Assembly: GCF_964355755.1 (NCBI RefSeq)
Contig: NC_092676.1
Span: 29,034,871 to 29,098,870, forward strand
Reading direction: 5' to 3'
Source of the DNA: Antedon mediterranea
Taxonomy: Eukaryota; Animalia; Echinodermata
DNA: 64,000 bases
Shown: positions 1 through 13,800 of the stretch, piece by piece
Layout: each line of letters begins with the position of its first letter
How positions within the stretch are numbered: the stretch's first letter is position 1
The notes under the pieces: generated by a model
What the model was told of the DNA's origin: nothing
The model's database searches: none
What the model saw: only the letters and a program-made list of their open reading frames with translations
Position numbers and translations under genes: made by a program

Positions 1-86
1 GTTTCATAAGTACTAGATCTGCCACAGGCAGGCTTTATTTTATGATTAATATTCTGAATATGATACTATGTAAACAATACTCATCG

Positions 87-216
87 GGGCCGGTTGGTAA
101 GGTTTCAACCTGACCAGTATTTCACAGAGGCCTTCAACAACCCTGTTTTCTGCACAGAGGTTGTGCCCTCTTTTTGCGACTACCACACCATTTTATTTCT
201 TGTGACTACGACACTG
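87..216 (+). mobile_element. Short hAT-like non-autonomous element, 5'-truncated copy
   Basis: Similar to 29227-29372 and, inverted, to 411-556 (ggttggtaaggtttcaacctgacca...tttatttcttgtgrctac). Confidence 0.6.
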
Positions 217-410
217 CTCATTAGTAAGTAATTATGTAAACAGTATTGTATTGTTATTGAATTAACAATTTAAAAGGTCAAGTTTGTGTCGTGTAGTTGA
301 GATTACATTATTTATACAAATTATGTTAATTTGACAGATGTGCATGCAGTCATTATGCACAACAATATTCTACAGATTCAACAAAATGAAGCAGCTTTAA
401 CATTTGACAT

Positions 411-556
411 CAGTGATGTAGCAACAAGAAATAAAGTGGTCCGGTTTTCGCAAGAAAAGGGAACAATCTCTGTTCATGCCATTTGGTTGTCAAAGGCCTC
501 TGTGAAAAAGTGGTCACTTTAAAACCTTACCAACCATCATGGTGGCTACGACCCTG
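411..556 (-). mobile_element. Short hAT-like non-autonomous element, inverted copy
   Basis: Imperfect TIRs CAGTGATGTAGC / GCTACGACCCTG; same family as 87-216 and 29227-29372. Confidence 0.6.
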
Positions 557-1862
557 CCTCAGTTTATTAATTTAATTTAGTAAATAATTCAATTCAGATA
601 CAGTGAAATATAACTCTATATCTCTATGCTTTAAGCCAGTATATAATGGCATTTTTCTCTGGCTAGTTACTATCACATTTTGATAGCTTAATGGAACATT
701 TTCATTACAAAACTATGTTTCCTGCAATCTGCAAATTCAGGTCAGTAGTTATTGCTAATCAATTTTGTTTAATGAAAATATTCCATGAGTTTTCATTTAT
801 GTATTTTTCATCTGAATAGGGATCCTATTCCTGAATATAAAATAACACAAAGAAATGAAATCCAACTACTGTATTAATACTGTGACTAAAGCTACTGTAT
901 GCAAAACAATCAACCAACACATCATACATATTCATAATCAAATCATAAATAATGATGATACATCTAAAGCACTGTGGGAAAAATGAAACATGCAAGAAAA
1001 TGAAAGAAAAAGAACTGAAAAATGAAAGAATGAAGAAGAAAACGTTGTTGTATTCTGGACTCGGATGTTTCTTCTTTTACGTTTGGCTATTTTATCATGA
1101 CTGAATTGTTAATATCAATATTATCATTTATTTATTGTTCATTTCATTTATTTAGGATTTATCATTTAAATCATTTAAGAGATATTCCTATATATCTCTA
1201 TGGTAGAATCCTATAGTTTACAAGAATATGAATATCCAATATTGTTAATGGCTATGAGACTAGACTAGATTTTATCAATATTAAGAAGTGTACTTTTACC
1301 GTTTCTGAACAACATTTTTCTTTTAATTGATTGGCAATGAGTTGTTTTAAACATGAAAAGTATCGCTTTTAATCTTTAAGTAGCCACTTATTTTAATGAG
1401 AAAATGATAATATTCATCATGTGATATTTATTTTTAAGAAACAACATTAATTTATTTCAACATAATAATATTCATCAAATTAAAAAAAAATCACTTTGAA
1501 AAAATGTTCAACATTTAACACTTCAGAGTTCAAAGTTAAATTTCTTATTTATCCAACGTGGATTGAATAATATTGGTATAGAGTTTATCATATTCATATT
1601 TCTCTATTTATAAAGTATAAAATATTAAATGGATCTAGACTCTAGAAATATTATTCAATAATAAATTATTATATTAATATCTATAGGCTTAAATGTCATT
1701 GAAATATTAATTATTAATTAAATTCCTAAATATTATGGTTTTATTTATCATAATTTCCAAACAATTAAAAAATATAAACAAACCAACTGTAAAACGCATT
1801 GTTCCATCCTTCACCACCAAACCACCTGGACTATTCCATTAAACATAAAGGGGGAGACTTAC

Positions 1863-4800
1863 TCTACGACAAGGATTACTAATACTGTGACAGCATACCC
1901 GCCAATTTATCTCCTCCTCATCTTCTCCGTCCGCTTCGTCGTCAGAAGACTGAGCCAATTAGAAAGTAGGCGATAGAAAGAATGGGCAAGAGTTCAAAGG
2001 TCAGATGTAAAAAGATAGAATCACGGTGCATTATCACAAAAGCCTTGTCTACACATCAAACTTTATGATGTGCCTATATATGGACATGATGATGTCATAT
2101 CACTACCATATTTAAGCATATCACTACTATATATTTGGGAACATCGCACTTTTTTTGTCAAACTACTTTGATAGTGTAGACAGAGCTTTATATACTGACG
2201 TGGTATTAAAGTTACAGAAAATATATATAATTTATTTCATTTGAATTTATAAAGTCATCACTTGTCAACACACACCATATAGATATTATAGTAAATTATC
2301 ATTTTTCACAAACTTCATTCATTAATCTTCTGCCCTGGCTGACAATAAAAAAAAGTTATACTGTATATCAAAATATTTAATAGTGGTCTTATATCCATGT
2401 CAACATTTTATACACATTTAAATAATTGATAATAATATGCAAAAAAAACAAATAGGTTTCCACAAAGGCAATATATAGTGTGAATTGAAAAATATCAAAA
2501 TGCAAATATTTATATCAAAAGTATAAATAACAATAATGCATAATTAAACAATTTAGCATAATTCTAAAGCAATGCATAATATCTCTAAAGCTCTGTCCAC
2601 ACTTTCAAACTTGACAAAAAAAGTATGATGTGCCCAAATATGGTAGTAATATGATATCATCATGTCCATATGGACACATCACATTTGTTGTCGTATAAAG
2701 TTTTGTGTAGACAGATCTTTCGTTTAATCCAAGAGCTATATGAATAGAAAGCTGCAATTAATGGGGAATTATGTGTCTCTAGATTCAATTCCAGATTTAA
2801 AGCCATTACTTAATAACGAGTTAAGAAAAGTTAGATTTAGGATCTGTGGTGAACTTACATCATATGGTGGAACATCCTGACTGCTAGACGAGTCACTGTC
2901 TGGCACAGAGTATGCAGAGTCACTGGCCTGGCTCTCTGACGGCATTTGAAGTGTGTCTGGTGCATGGTAGATCTCTAGTTGGTTTACCTCACTGTGAAGG
3001 ATATCTTGATGCTCTAAAGGATGAAAAAAAAATTAAAATTGAATGGATTTTAGTAGATTATTGATTTATAAGAATTTTGCTTCAAACAAGAAAATCAACA
3101 GAGTTTTAATTCTGAATACTAGTACATTTTTCTTGCTGTGCCTATAACCCCAGCCACTTGGAATATTAGAAAAATAAATATGGAGATACTGTTACGATCT
3201 TCAAATCTCTTCACTAAATGGGAGAAAATCCTATTTTAGTGTTATTTTTCATTTGGTATTGTTTGTTGTATATATGGAATTTTTATTCTGAAATAAGATA
3301 TTATGTAAAAAGTGAAATCACAGCATACCGGGTGCATCTCCCCGAATGTCACTATTCTTCATATCAGTCACAAAATCATTCAACGACGAATATGACGAAC
3401 TAGTACTGCCCCCATCGCTGTCTTCTCCACTCTCATCTGTCGGGTTTGACGAATCAGAATCAGCGGACATCATGCCTTGAATCGCTGTTGCTAATGACGA
3501 GTTCTCGGAGTAAACACGAAATGTATTTGCTACTAATTGGTGACCAAACCACTTTGCTTTATCTCCGATGATAGCCGGGTCGTAAACACCGGTCTGTATT
3601 CTAAGAAAAGTGACGTTGAGTGGTTTTAAACACGACTCGCCAAAATATTCTATCGCCTGAAACAAAAGAAAATCTATTAGAAACATTTTTCTTTTCATAT
3701 AGGCCAGATTACACAAACCAATAGTGGTGTAGTATATGAGTGCTAGCTTACCTGGTAAACCAGACAATAACCCGTGCTCTCTGGAGGGAGGGCTTAGATA
3801 CAAAATTAAAATGTTCCTAGAACATCACTGTACCATTATGGACTAATTAAGTACTATGCCATATACGGCTTTACCACGTTGAAACACCGGTTCTCGTAAG
3901 ATCACCGAAGTTAAGCGACGTTGGGCCTGGTTATAACTTGGATGGGAGACCATCTGGGAATAACGGGTGCTGTATATGGAGCTGGGGTCCCGTTAGGCAT
4001 TTGAAATCAGCACTGCTGACTCTTATGACAGCCCCTGCATCTAGTATCTGCCTCAGACTTCTGGTCAAGGTGGGCACTGGACGAGAGAAGCCCTTGATCA
4101 ATGTTAGGACCAATCAAGGTGCTTTAAACAGTCCTGGCTTTGTTTGTATCAAACCTGTTAGTGGCGGTAATTATCGCTGTTGGTTTCGATTGAATAAAAT
4201 ATAAAAAAAAACAAAAATAAAAACAAAAGACAGGAAATACCTTGCTTACATGAAACTCAAAACATAAGCATTTCATTTAAATCATAGTCACTAACCTGTG
4301 TCCTTGCTAAGCTATTTATATACTCAGTTTTCTTTGGTCTAGATTCCAAAAAGTTTTTAACTTGAAAAGCAACCACAGGTCTGGGATGAAGTCGTAACGT
4401 CCGTGTATGCTCATTGTGATTGGCTATCACATTTGGCGACATGAAAAATTTGACGATTGCTACTCTTGTTGCAACATCTACCGAGGCAACGTCATTACCA
4501 AATATGAGGGCGCTACTATTGATGTTGTCGAAGAATTCTTCTGTACGTTCTTCTGTTGGAGAGGGTGACATGTTCATACTCTGTAAAGCCTGCAAGAAAT
4601 GAAAAATAAAAACATGTTATCATGGTTTTGAGACACACCTATTAGAGGTACACTTTCTTGTGACATGAACAAGGGACAATAATGTTTAATACTACAGGGA
4701 TATCTCATCAGGGACATCCCTATTACGGGAACACTTTCTTGTGAAATGAGCAAGCTTGGGCAATGTATGTTTTAACACTATAATCAATATCTACTTTAGG

Positions 4801-7800
4801 GGACACCCCATAAAATGTGAATGATGAGTAAAATCACATCACATCAATAAGATTACAATTTCTTCTGCTTAGTAATGTTCCAGAGTTGTAAAGCTTTGTT
4901 TCCACTTAGATGAAACCCACTTACAATCCCATAGTTACTTATAAGCCCAAAGGTACATCAAGTCCGAACCACGGTTCAATAACACAATGATATCAGTAAC
5001 AGCTGTTATGATGGTGAATATAAATTTGCATATAGTCTGGAAACTGACATGTTATTGTTGCTTAATAGCAATAGCAATTATTATTATGTATACAAACAAT
5101 GCTTTTAGCTCATTATGTTTTAAAGCTTTTATAAGGTAAATTAACTTTAAAAGCATTATGGTTATAAAAAAATCCTCCACCAATAATAGTAAACCATCAC
5201 CACCTATGTAGATAACAGAAACAGAAACCACATTTTACTACTTTAAATATTTTCCTAGCCCAAAACTAAAAACTCTTCTTTTTTGGGGGGTTTGGTTTAT
5301 GTAATATACTAGATACCACTTTGGATCTGTACTCATAGTTCGGGTTTGTAATGACAGATGGACTCAGTGGACCAAAAACAAAAATACTTTGGAATAAAAA
5401 CCATTGCACATTGTTTCCACTAGAGTTGTACTTCATACAAAAAAATTGTATGAAGTAGTAAGTTAGACTTTATTATAAATTTAATATTGAAAATGAAGTT
5501 GACGAAAAGGTGAAATCTTTTTGAGGTCAGTTGTTAATAAAGCTAATTATCAAGACTTGTCATCAAGAAATAAAATAAAGTCTTTATTTCTCCATGGATT
5601 ACTTATAATTATTGCAATTAGTGATTTAACTTGATTAATATTAAAGTGTGAACATTATTAGATTGATAATTAATTTATTGATTGTTATGTGAAAACAATT
5701 GTGAAAAAGAAGAAAATAAATTTGAAACCCAATAAAAATATGATAAAAAAAAATATATATATATATAGACATATACCATGCACCGTTCTAAAAAATCGTA
5801 AAATTTGAATAAAAATATTTAGAACATGCCATTCTAAGAAAACTGAAGCATGTCAAAAACTATTAATTGAGGAGAAAAAAAATGGTTATACCAAATAAAA
5901 ATGGTTAAAACCAAAGCTATGCTGCAAATTTGACAATTCTATGCATTTTTCTCAAAATGATAGGGAAAAGAAGTTGTAGCGCGAGTTCATGCTTAGTTAT
6001 TTACCCGAGTAAGTTGGTGCTCTTTTCACCAAAGTTAGCATTACTTGGTCCTGGAAGTCAACTTTAAAAGCTCTGTCTACACTATCAAACTAGTGTGATG
6101 TACCCAAATATGGTAGTGATATGCCCAAATATGGTAGTGATATGACATCATCATGTCCATATATGGGCATATCACATTTTTTTGTCACATAAAATTTGGT
6201 AGTGTAGACAGAGCCTAATACCCAAGTAAATTGAAGCCTGAATTGAGCCTAGTGTACAATGCAATATTAGTGACAATCAATCATATTAAAAGCTTTCATT
6301 TGCATTATATGTATGTCACTGGTGACAATTATGGTTGTTGTGATAGCTTTTGCAACAGTGCCAATTTCTGAATGACAACAGCAGTAGTGAGCATGCAGTA
6401 TGTTATGGGCGATTGGTTTTGTGATGCAAGTGTCCGACATATTTCAATTAAGCGTGAGGAATGTTTAAAAGCTCCTTTGTCACCTCTTTTTTAAATCTAT
6501 GTAAATTATTCTCATGCAATCTTTTTTTAGAAAACTTCCCAACAAAGAATAATAAACTGTGATGGATTATTCAAGATTGGTTTGTCAAAGATGAAAATGT
6601 TAAGTATGCAAATGCCTGATTTTACAAAGCTTACCCCATTCTCAGTCTGAACAGTAGAAACGATCTGATTGGGTGGGGCAAAAACAAAATATGAACATAA
6701 GTCAGGGAGGGAATAAAACAAACACAATACTGATTTGATATATAGGATGAAATGTAATGATGTCCTTAGAAAACTCCATAGGTCCATGGAGTAAAGAATA
6801 CTCCATGATAGGTCACAGTTCAGGTTTTTTTTTTGTATTTATTGAAGAGAAACCAAAGCATTTTGAACTGTCCTTTAACCTATAGCATTTTCTATTGATA
6901 ATGCCCATAGCCAGGATTTAACAAGTGGTTGCTTTTTTCCACTACAGGAAAAAAAAGTCATGAGGCTAGTTAGGAATATTTTAATTTTATTAAAGAGGGC
7001 CACTGAATATCAGTTAACCCATTGGGGTAAACCGGAAGGGGGACCCTCTTTAAATATGGTTGAAAAAAAAAAATGTTATTTTTACTAGTACTCTGGATTG
7101 AATAGGACAAAAAAAGAGGGGAAAGGGGGTTTGGTTCAAATCCCCCTAGCTACAGGTTTGGTGATGTACTATACACCATGCCACAACGTGGTGAGAATGT
7201 GAGAAAGACTCATGCTTGCTAATCCATGGGATTAATTAATATTAACAGCATGCAATCTTACTATTATCCAGTTTATTTGGATTAATACTTTGGACTAATC
7301 CTCTGGATTACAGTATTTTTATAACATTTTACAAAACAAAACAAAATAATTGCATGAAGCGTAATGATCTTTCCAATTTCACCAAAAAATATTCTTATCA
7401 ATTTGACGCTTTACATCAGAGAGTTAAGAATGACGTTCCATTAATCCCTTTTTAGTAATGACTTACCTGCTTCAAATGCGCCCTCAACGTCGATCCTTCT
7501 GGTTCGGGTAGCTCGGGTAAAAAATTACTATCAGTGGGTGATACAATCTATGAATTAAAAAAATGAAAAATTAGCAACATTCACAATTTTTTTGAAAAAA
7601 TATTTTAAAAACATAATGCATACATACATACACAGTACTTATATAATGTTTGATGACATTGACATGACAGAGATGATTTACAACCCCTCAATAAAAGTAA
7701 CTTGTGATCCAGTAAATGAATGTTTAGAATTTTGCTGGTTAATAAAATTTAAATGTTGAATATTCCAGAAAGAATTTGAAACAGAACTAGATTTTATTAA

Positions 7801-10800
7801 ACAAATTACAAATTCAAACCAACATTTATTTCATTAAATGTAATTAAAATATAAATAATACAGAGCATAAAGGAAGGATCAACCTAGAAGTTGGCCCTTT
7901 AACAAGACTGTTAATACAAACATCGATAGATTTCTGAATGTTATTATTTTGAGGTTTTCTTTAGTGTTTTCACCTCCATTTTGCTTTCAATACTCACACT
8001 ACTGTAAACTAGGCCTCAAATAAAGCTAAATTATTTTAAATGTCTACTGTAAATCATCGCCTTCACACACGACATGAATAATCCTAAATTCAGCTTGTGT
8101 TTCAAACGATAATATTCTACGATATCAACATCATCTTAAATTTGCTTTCTATCATTCCAATGTCTAAATCATTCAATTGATATTCAATAATGTGTATGTC
8201 ACAAACTGTAATTTCTTAAAAACCTCTAACATTTTAAATGGGGTTCAGATACTAAGGTAAATTGACATGGTTGTAATACATTAATATAGGTATTTGTATT
8301 GTGTAATCACATACAGTACACAGTATTTTGTAATGTGTAATCACATACACAATAAAAAAAAAAGTTGAAGTCCCTTTTTAACCATTGAAATACAGTAAAT
8401 TAATCTACAATTTACTTTTTAATTTACACAGACCTGTTGATTGAATTCAAATTGTAAAAGAATTTTATTTTCTAAACAAAATGTACAAAATATATAATTC
8501 TTATGAATGAATGATTTATTTTTTTAAATTCATGAGTATAAGTTATATTTATTGATATGGGTTCGTTTAATAGCCATTGGAATAGCATTGCCTATCATTT
8601 CTTACTAACTGTGATAAATCCATATTCTTGCATGGTCCATATTTATTGTATGAGTGGGCTTAATGTTTCTATAGCAATTATTGATTTTCAATGAACCACC
8701 CACAGCATGTCGGAAAGATTATGAATACAGAGCGCCACCTACAGAATGCCTGAAGATACACATGGCATAAAGAAGATTGACACTAATGTATTTCCAGAAG
8801 ATAAGAAGTTTATTTCTATTTTCTCCTTTTTTTTAATTAACAGATTTTTTAATAGTTCAGAGTTCATCCTGAGTAAAATACTTGTTTTGTGATTAAGATT
8901 ATATTCTATATTCTCTAACTTAGATATAGGCCTATACTACCACTAACATACTGTAACATTACTATTGTATAGTACAGTATCAATATATAGCCTTGTATAC
9001 CAGGGAGTTGTAAAATACAACTCCCTGGTATAACTGTAGGTTTTTAAAGAATATTCCAAATAAGTAAACTATACTCCATGTACTTTTATACAAATCCTAT
9101 GTAGTATAGCTGTAGATCAACACTTTATTCTCACAATATTTGTAATCTTGCTTTTTTAAACCCATGGCATATTAGAATGTTAGGCATTAGTACTCCATGT
9201 TCAAATTTACTAAACAACCTTTAAACGACCCTTTTGTGTACGGCACACAGATGTTTATCTAACCACCACCCACGGAATTTAAGGATGTTTACTTTTATAA
9301 TTTAACTAAAATTATATTTGCTTTTAGTTATCTCAAGTACATGTTCTATAGGCTATTATTTCAAAATATTTTGGACGTGATATAATCCTATTAGTGTTTT
9401 TTACCTCAATGCAGGGATAAATGCAGGGATAAAGACAGGCACAACACTTTGATCTAAACATAATCTATGTAATCCAATTCACCAAATTTTGTACAGTATG
9501 CAGTGGAGTTGTGTCTTGGTGGTTAAAATGCTTGGCTACCAATTCAAGTGTCCTGGGTTCAAGTCCTGTCATGTCAGGATTTTTACTAATGACAATTTGC
9601 AACTCCACTCCCAAAGACTTGTAATAAGACTTTGTTTATGTAGAGCATCTTGTGTCTTGTGAACAAGATTAGAAGGATAGTGAATGAAATTGCTTTGGTT
9701 ATCCTTGGCAATACATATTAAACAAGACTATACTTATTTCAATTACTCTGGATGCAGAGCTGAAAAAGTGTGCCAATGTTTAAAAAATGTAGCTTCTAAA
9801 TAAATTATTATTACTAAGCCTCTACATAAACCAAGTCTTATTACAAATACATTTCTCATCTTAATTACTTTTATCTGATCAATTTCCATTGACTACAGGC
9901 TTTCATCACTAAAACAATAATTATATTTTAATACAAGGTCGCTGACTGAATAATGACTTATTAGTATTTAAGAAATAGACTAAAATTATTATGCAAATTA
10001 GTCTGTTTAATCATCATAGAATAGAAGGCCGGAAAACTACAGTACATTAATATCTATGCTTAACGTACAGTAATATATTTTGTTCTTTCTAGTTTTTGTA
10101 GTTGTACCACTTTGAGTAACGTTGATGAAAGACAGAGTAGATGATGATAAATTTGTGATCAATAACGTTGCCAATTAATCTGTTGATACTTACTCTATTG
10201 GAATCCAAATCCACCAGCCAGACGTCGTCAGGTAGACCAAAGTTATTCTTGTAAAGAAGAAAACTCGCAGGAATCCCAATGACAAATGGTGTTGGCGCTA
10301 GTAACAACTGAAATCATATTATCAATTAAATCAAATTAAATATTAAAAAGACAAAATTAAAATCATTTTAATATATTCTTATTCTTAAACATATTTATTT
10401 CATACCAAATCTTATCATGTCCCCTATTATAACATTTGAAAATAAGTACTGTAATGTACAGTATATGTACTTAAAATAAACAATTTATTGTTATTGTTTA
10501 ATGTACTAAATGTATTTAAAAGACTACAATAATCTTTGCAAGTGCACTGAGATTAACTATGGAGATACAATATACTAAGTACAGACTGGAAGACGGCAAT
10601 CACTACACAACTAAGGTCTGGAGAACTGATTAATTAATCTTAAGATACATTTATTAATTAATAACAAGACCTTTGGTACTGGACTATTTCAAAAGGATGA
10701 CAGGTTATAAAGATAATATTATAACTAGTTTGTAATCAATTTTCTTACTTTTAGATTGCAGATCAAGTACCTACTATAGATACTGAAACCTACGTATGGA

Positions 10801-13800
10801 TAATTGAAATAATCCTGTTAAATTTGCATACAAATCCATTATCTTAAGGATGTCCTTAGAGATTAAAGCCAATAATGGCATAAATAATCCGTTGTTAATC
10901 CAATGAAAATAAACCAGATTGATTTACAATATAAACGCAAACTTAATAATCCTTCAATTTTTTAATAAATTTATAACAAAAACATTTATAAATTGGATTA
11001 AACAATTTAAAATTTGACACCACAATCTCTTCTATTCGGAACTAGTACTTGAGTTGAAAGCTGTTGGCACACCTAAAGGATTATTAGTGTATGGCTAACA
11101 AAGAAATCATCAGGAATACTGTATGCATGTCCAAACAAGAGGTAATTTTCAACATATAGTACAGTAGTAGTACTGTATGTCAGTTTGCAGTAATGAACAA
11201 AATCACTGTTGGCACAATTCTGATATTGTTGGGTAGTTTAGGAAGACAAACTTATTATATTTTGACAAAGTTATCTTGAATCTTCATCCCACTAGTCTAT
11301 GAGAAACTAGTAACCTTCTTGTACTGATATCATTTTTACTAGAAAATTAACTACACACAAAATCCTGTCGACACTATCAAATTAGTTTAACAAAAATATG
11401 TGATGATGTCATCATGTCCATACTGTATGGGCACATTTTTTTTATTTTGTTGCATAAAGTTTGATAGTAGACAAAGTTTAGCATGATTAAAACTCTGTCT
11501 ACACTATCAAACTTTATGTGACAAACACATGTGATGTGCCAATATATGGACATGATGACATACGACATTTAAGCATATCACTACCATATTATTAAAAAGA
11601 GTATCTCACTGTACTCAAAACCTAGAATAAATATTGTAGAATTTGAATGCTAACATACACATTGTATGCATATTTTACATAATGCAATGTAGTTTGATAC
11701 AGAGGCAATTAGTGATAATAAATAGCATATTAAACTGTAATGAAACACCTATATTACATAATTTATGTTTAAATGGATGGTAATGGCTTCTTCATTTTAT
11801 AATCGTTGTGTGGGCATCGTATCGTATATCTTTGCTCAATCTGTTCTAATTGTGTTGCGTTTACAGTTGACAAAACATTTGATATTTTATTATGTTAAAG
11901 ACACATACTTATTTTACAGTGTTATTGAATTGATTTTGTTATACCTACAGTACATCTTTTATACTATCTTTTTTATAATGGATTATACAAAATGATATCT
12001 CATTTTGAAAAACAGGTACAATTTCAATCAAATTTGTGTTAGCCTTTTGTGGATATTAAATGGGACGTAAAAAGCACAGAGTTTAGTTTGAAATTTTAAA
12101 AAATCAACAAAGTGGCAATATGTCTGACTTCAGTTACTACAGGTATGGTGTATGCTGTTTTGAAGGCGTCATCTCCACCATTCAATACCCCACCTTAAAA
12201 TCAACCGCTCCCAATTACTCCCTTAAGGGTCTTTCACACCTGTTCCGGCATGGTTCCAGTCCGGCACGGGCAAATCAAACGTCATTGTTTCGTTTCATAT
12301 TGATTGGCGCATACCCGCATGAAGCGTTGTGAAAACGAAGCATTAACATTTGATTTGAGATCGGAACCATGATTTGAAAGACCCTTCATAGACTTGATGA
12401 TACAAGATACTGTACATACCTGTTCTGCTGATCCCATACATGTTGGTAGCAAGGGTATAACTGGAAACATATACTCCATTGGGTATATCATGTTAACAAA
12501 CGCTAGTACACTCATTGATAGTGCATTGTAATCTCTTGACTGTAAAACAACCTACAAAAACAACATTTACAGTAATTATTATATCTTATCAAGCTTATTA
12601 TATTATGTTATAGTCACATATTTTGCTTTTTGTAGTAGTAGAGATATCACTGGGTGGTTTAGAATTTATTTCTAAATAAAAAAATTATATTTACACCTTT
12701 ACTAATATAGAATCTCTTTTTAAAATATTGGAAAAAACCCTGAATATCATCTGACAGTTTAACAATGAATATGGTATAATACTGTATACTATTATTCCGT
12801 AAATTAAACAAAATATATTTTCTGCCTAACAAATAACATGTTTTATTGTGTTTAATAATATTCTTTTCATTTGATTATTTGTTTCATAAATTTATTTAAG
12901 CTAATATTGTTGCCAAGGTTTATTTATTGTGTCAGGTTTTTATGCTTGATTACAATCATAAAAACAATCGTACATTCTGTGCAAATAGTTGAGTACATTA
13001 TTCTATGAATTGATAAATACAGCAATATCTAGATTGTTTGTTTCATCTTTTGACAATCATAATAATCATATTCGGAAACAGAGTAGTTTGCTGTGTCTGC
13101 GTCTAAAAATAATATAGACTGTTCAATTAAGAACTAGCACAGTGACAATATGAAGGAACTACGTATATCCATAGAAGATACAATCAACAAAGAACAGAAA
13201 GCGTAACACTAAAGTGCTATCATCATAAAATATATCCTTAGTAAAATTTACTTAAACATAATAAACTATATTTAGTACAATTTAAAATATTTGAGCCTAA
13301 TTAATGAATGTTTATGTGTTTATGTAACAAAAAAATAGATGAATAATACTTATGTTAATAAAGAAATATTATTATTTGATTAAATTCACTTTTTTATAAT
13401 TTCAAATTTACCCAACAATGACAACAACCATTTTCAAGGTAATGTAGTTTACTGTACTTCATACATTGTATAAAAGATCTATACATTTGACAAATGCTAT
13501 TTAAAGGTAAATTTCAATTGATTTGTACGCTAGATGATTAACTATTTTAAGTGTTATCACAACTAGATCGAAATAGAAGCAATGTTAAATGAATGAATGC
13601 AATATTGAACAAGAATCAGGATGCGAGAGAAAAAAATGCCAATAAGATGCTATTATGAGATCGACTTTTGACATCTGCAGCGTACGTCATCGTACAATTG
13701 CATCGGTTACATTAATGGTTTTCTTGAAGCAAAAGGTGTAGAGTGTGAATCGTAGCTTGCGTCATTGATGATTGTAAGTGTGTTCGGTGAAGCGTGACAT

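Noticed and set aside
1040-1101. Additional small MADD exon
   Set aside because: A CAG acceptor exists, but phase-0 entry hits TGA at once and there is no good donor.
3861-3977. Functional 5S rRNA gene
   Set aside because: Single intronic copy with substitutions, no oligo-T terminator, fused to a body and A-tail.
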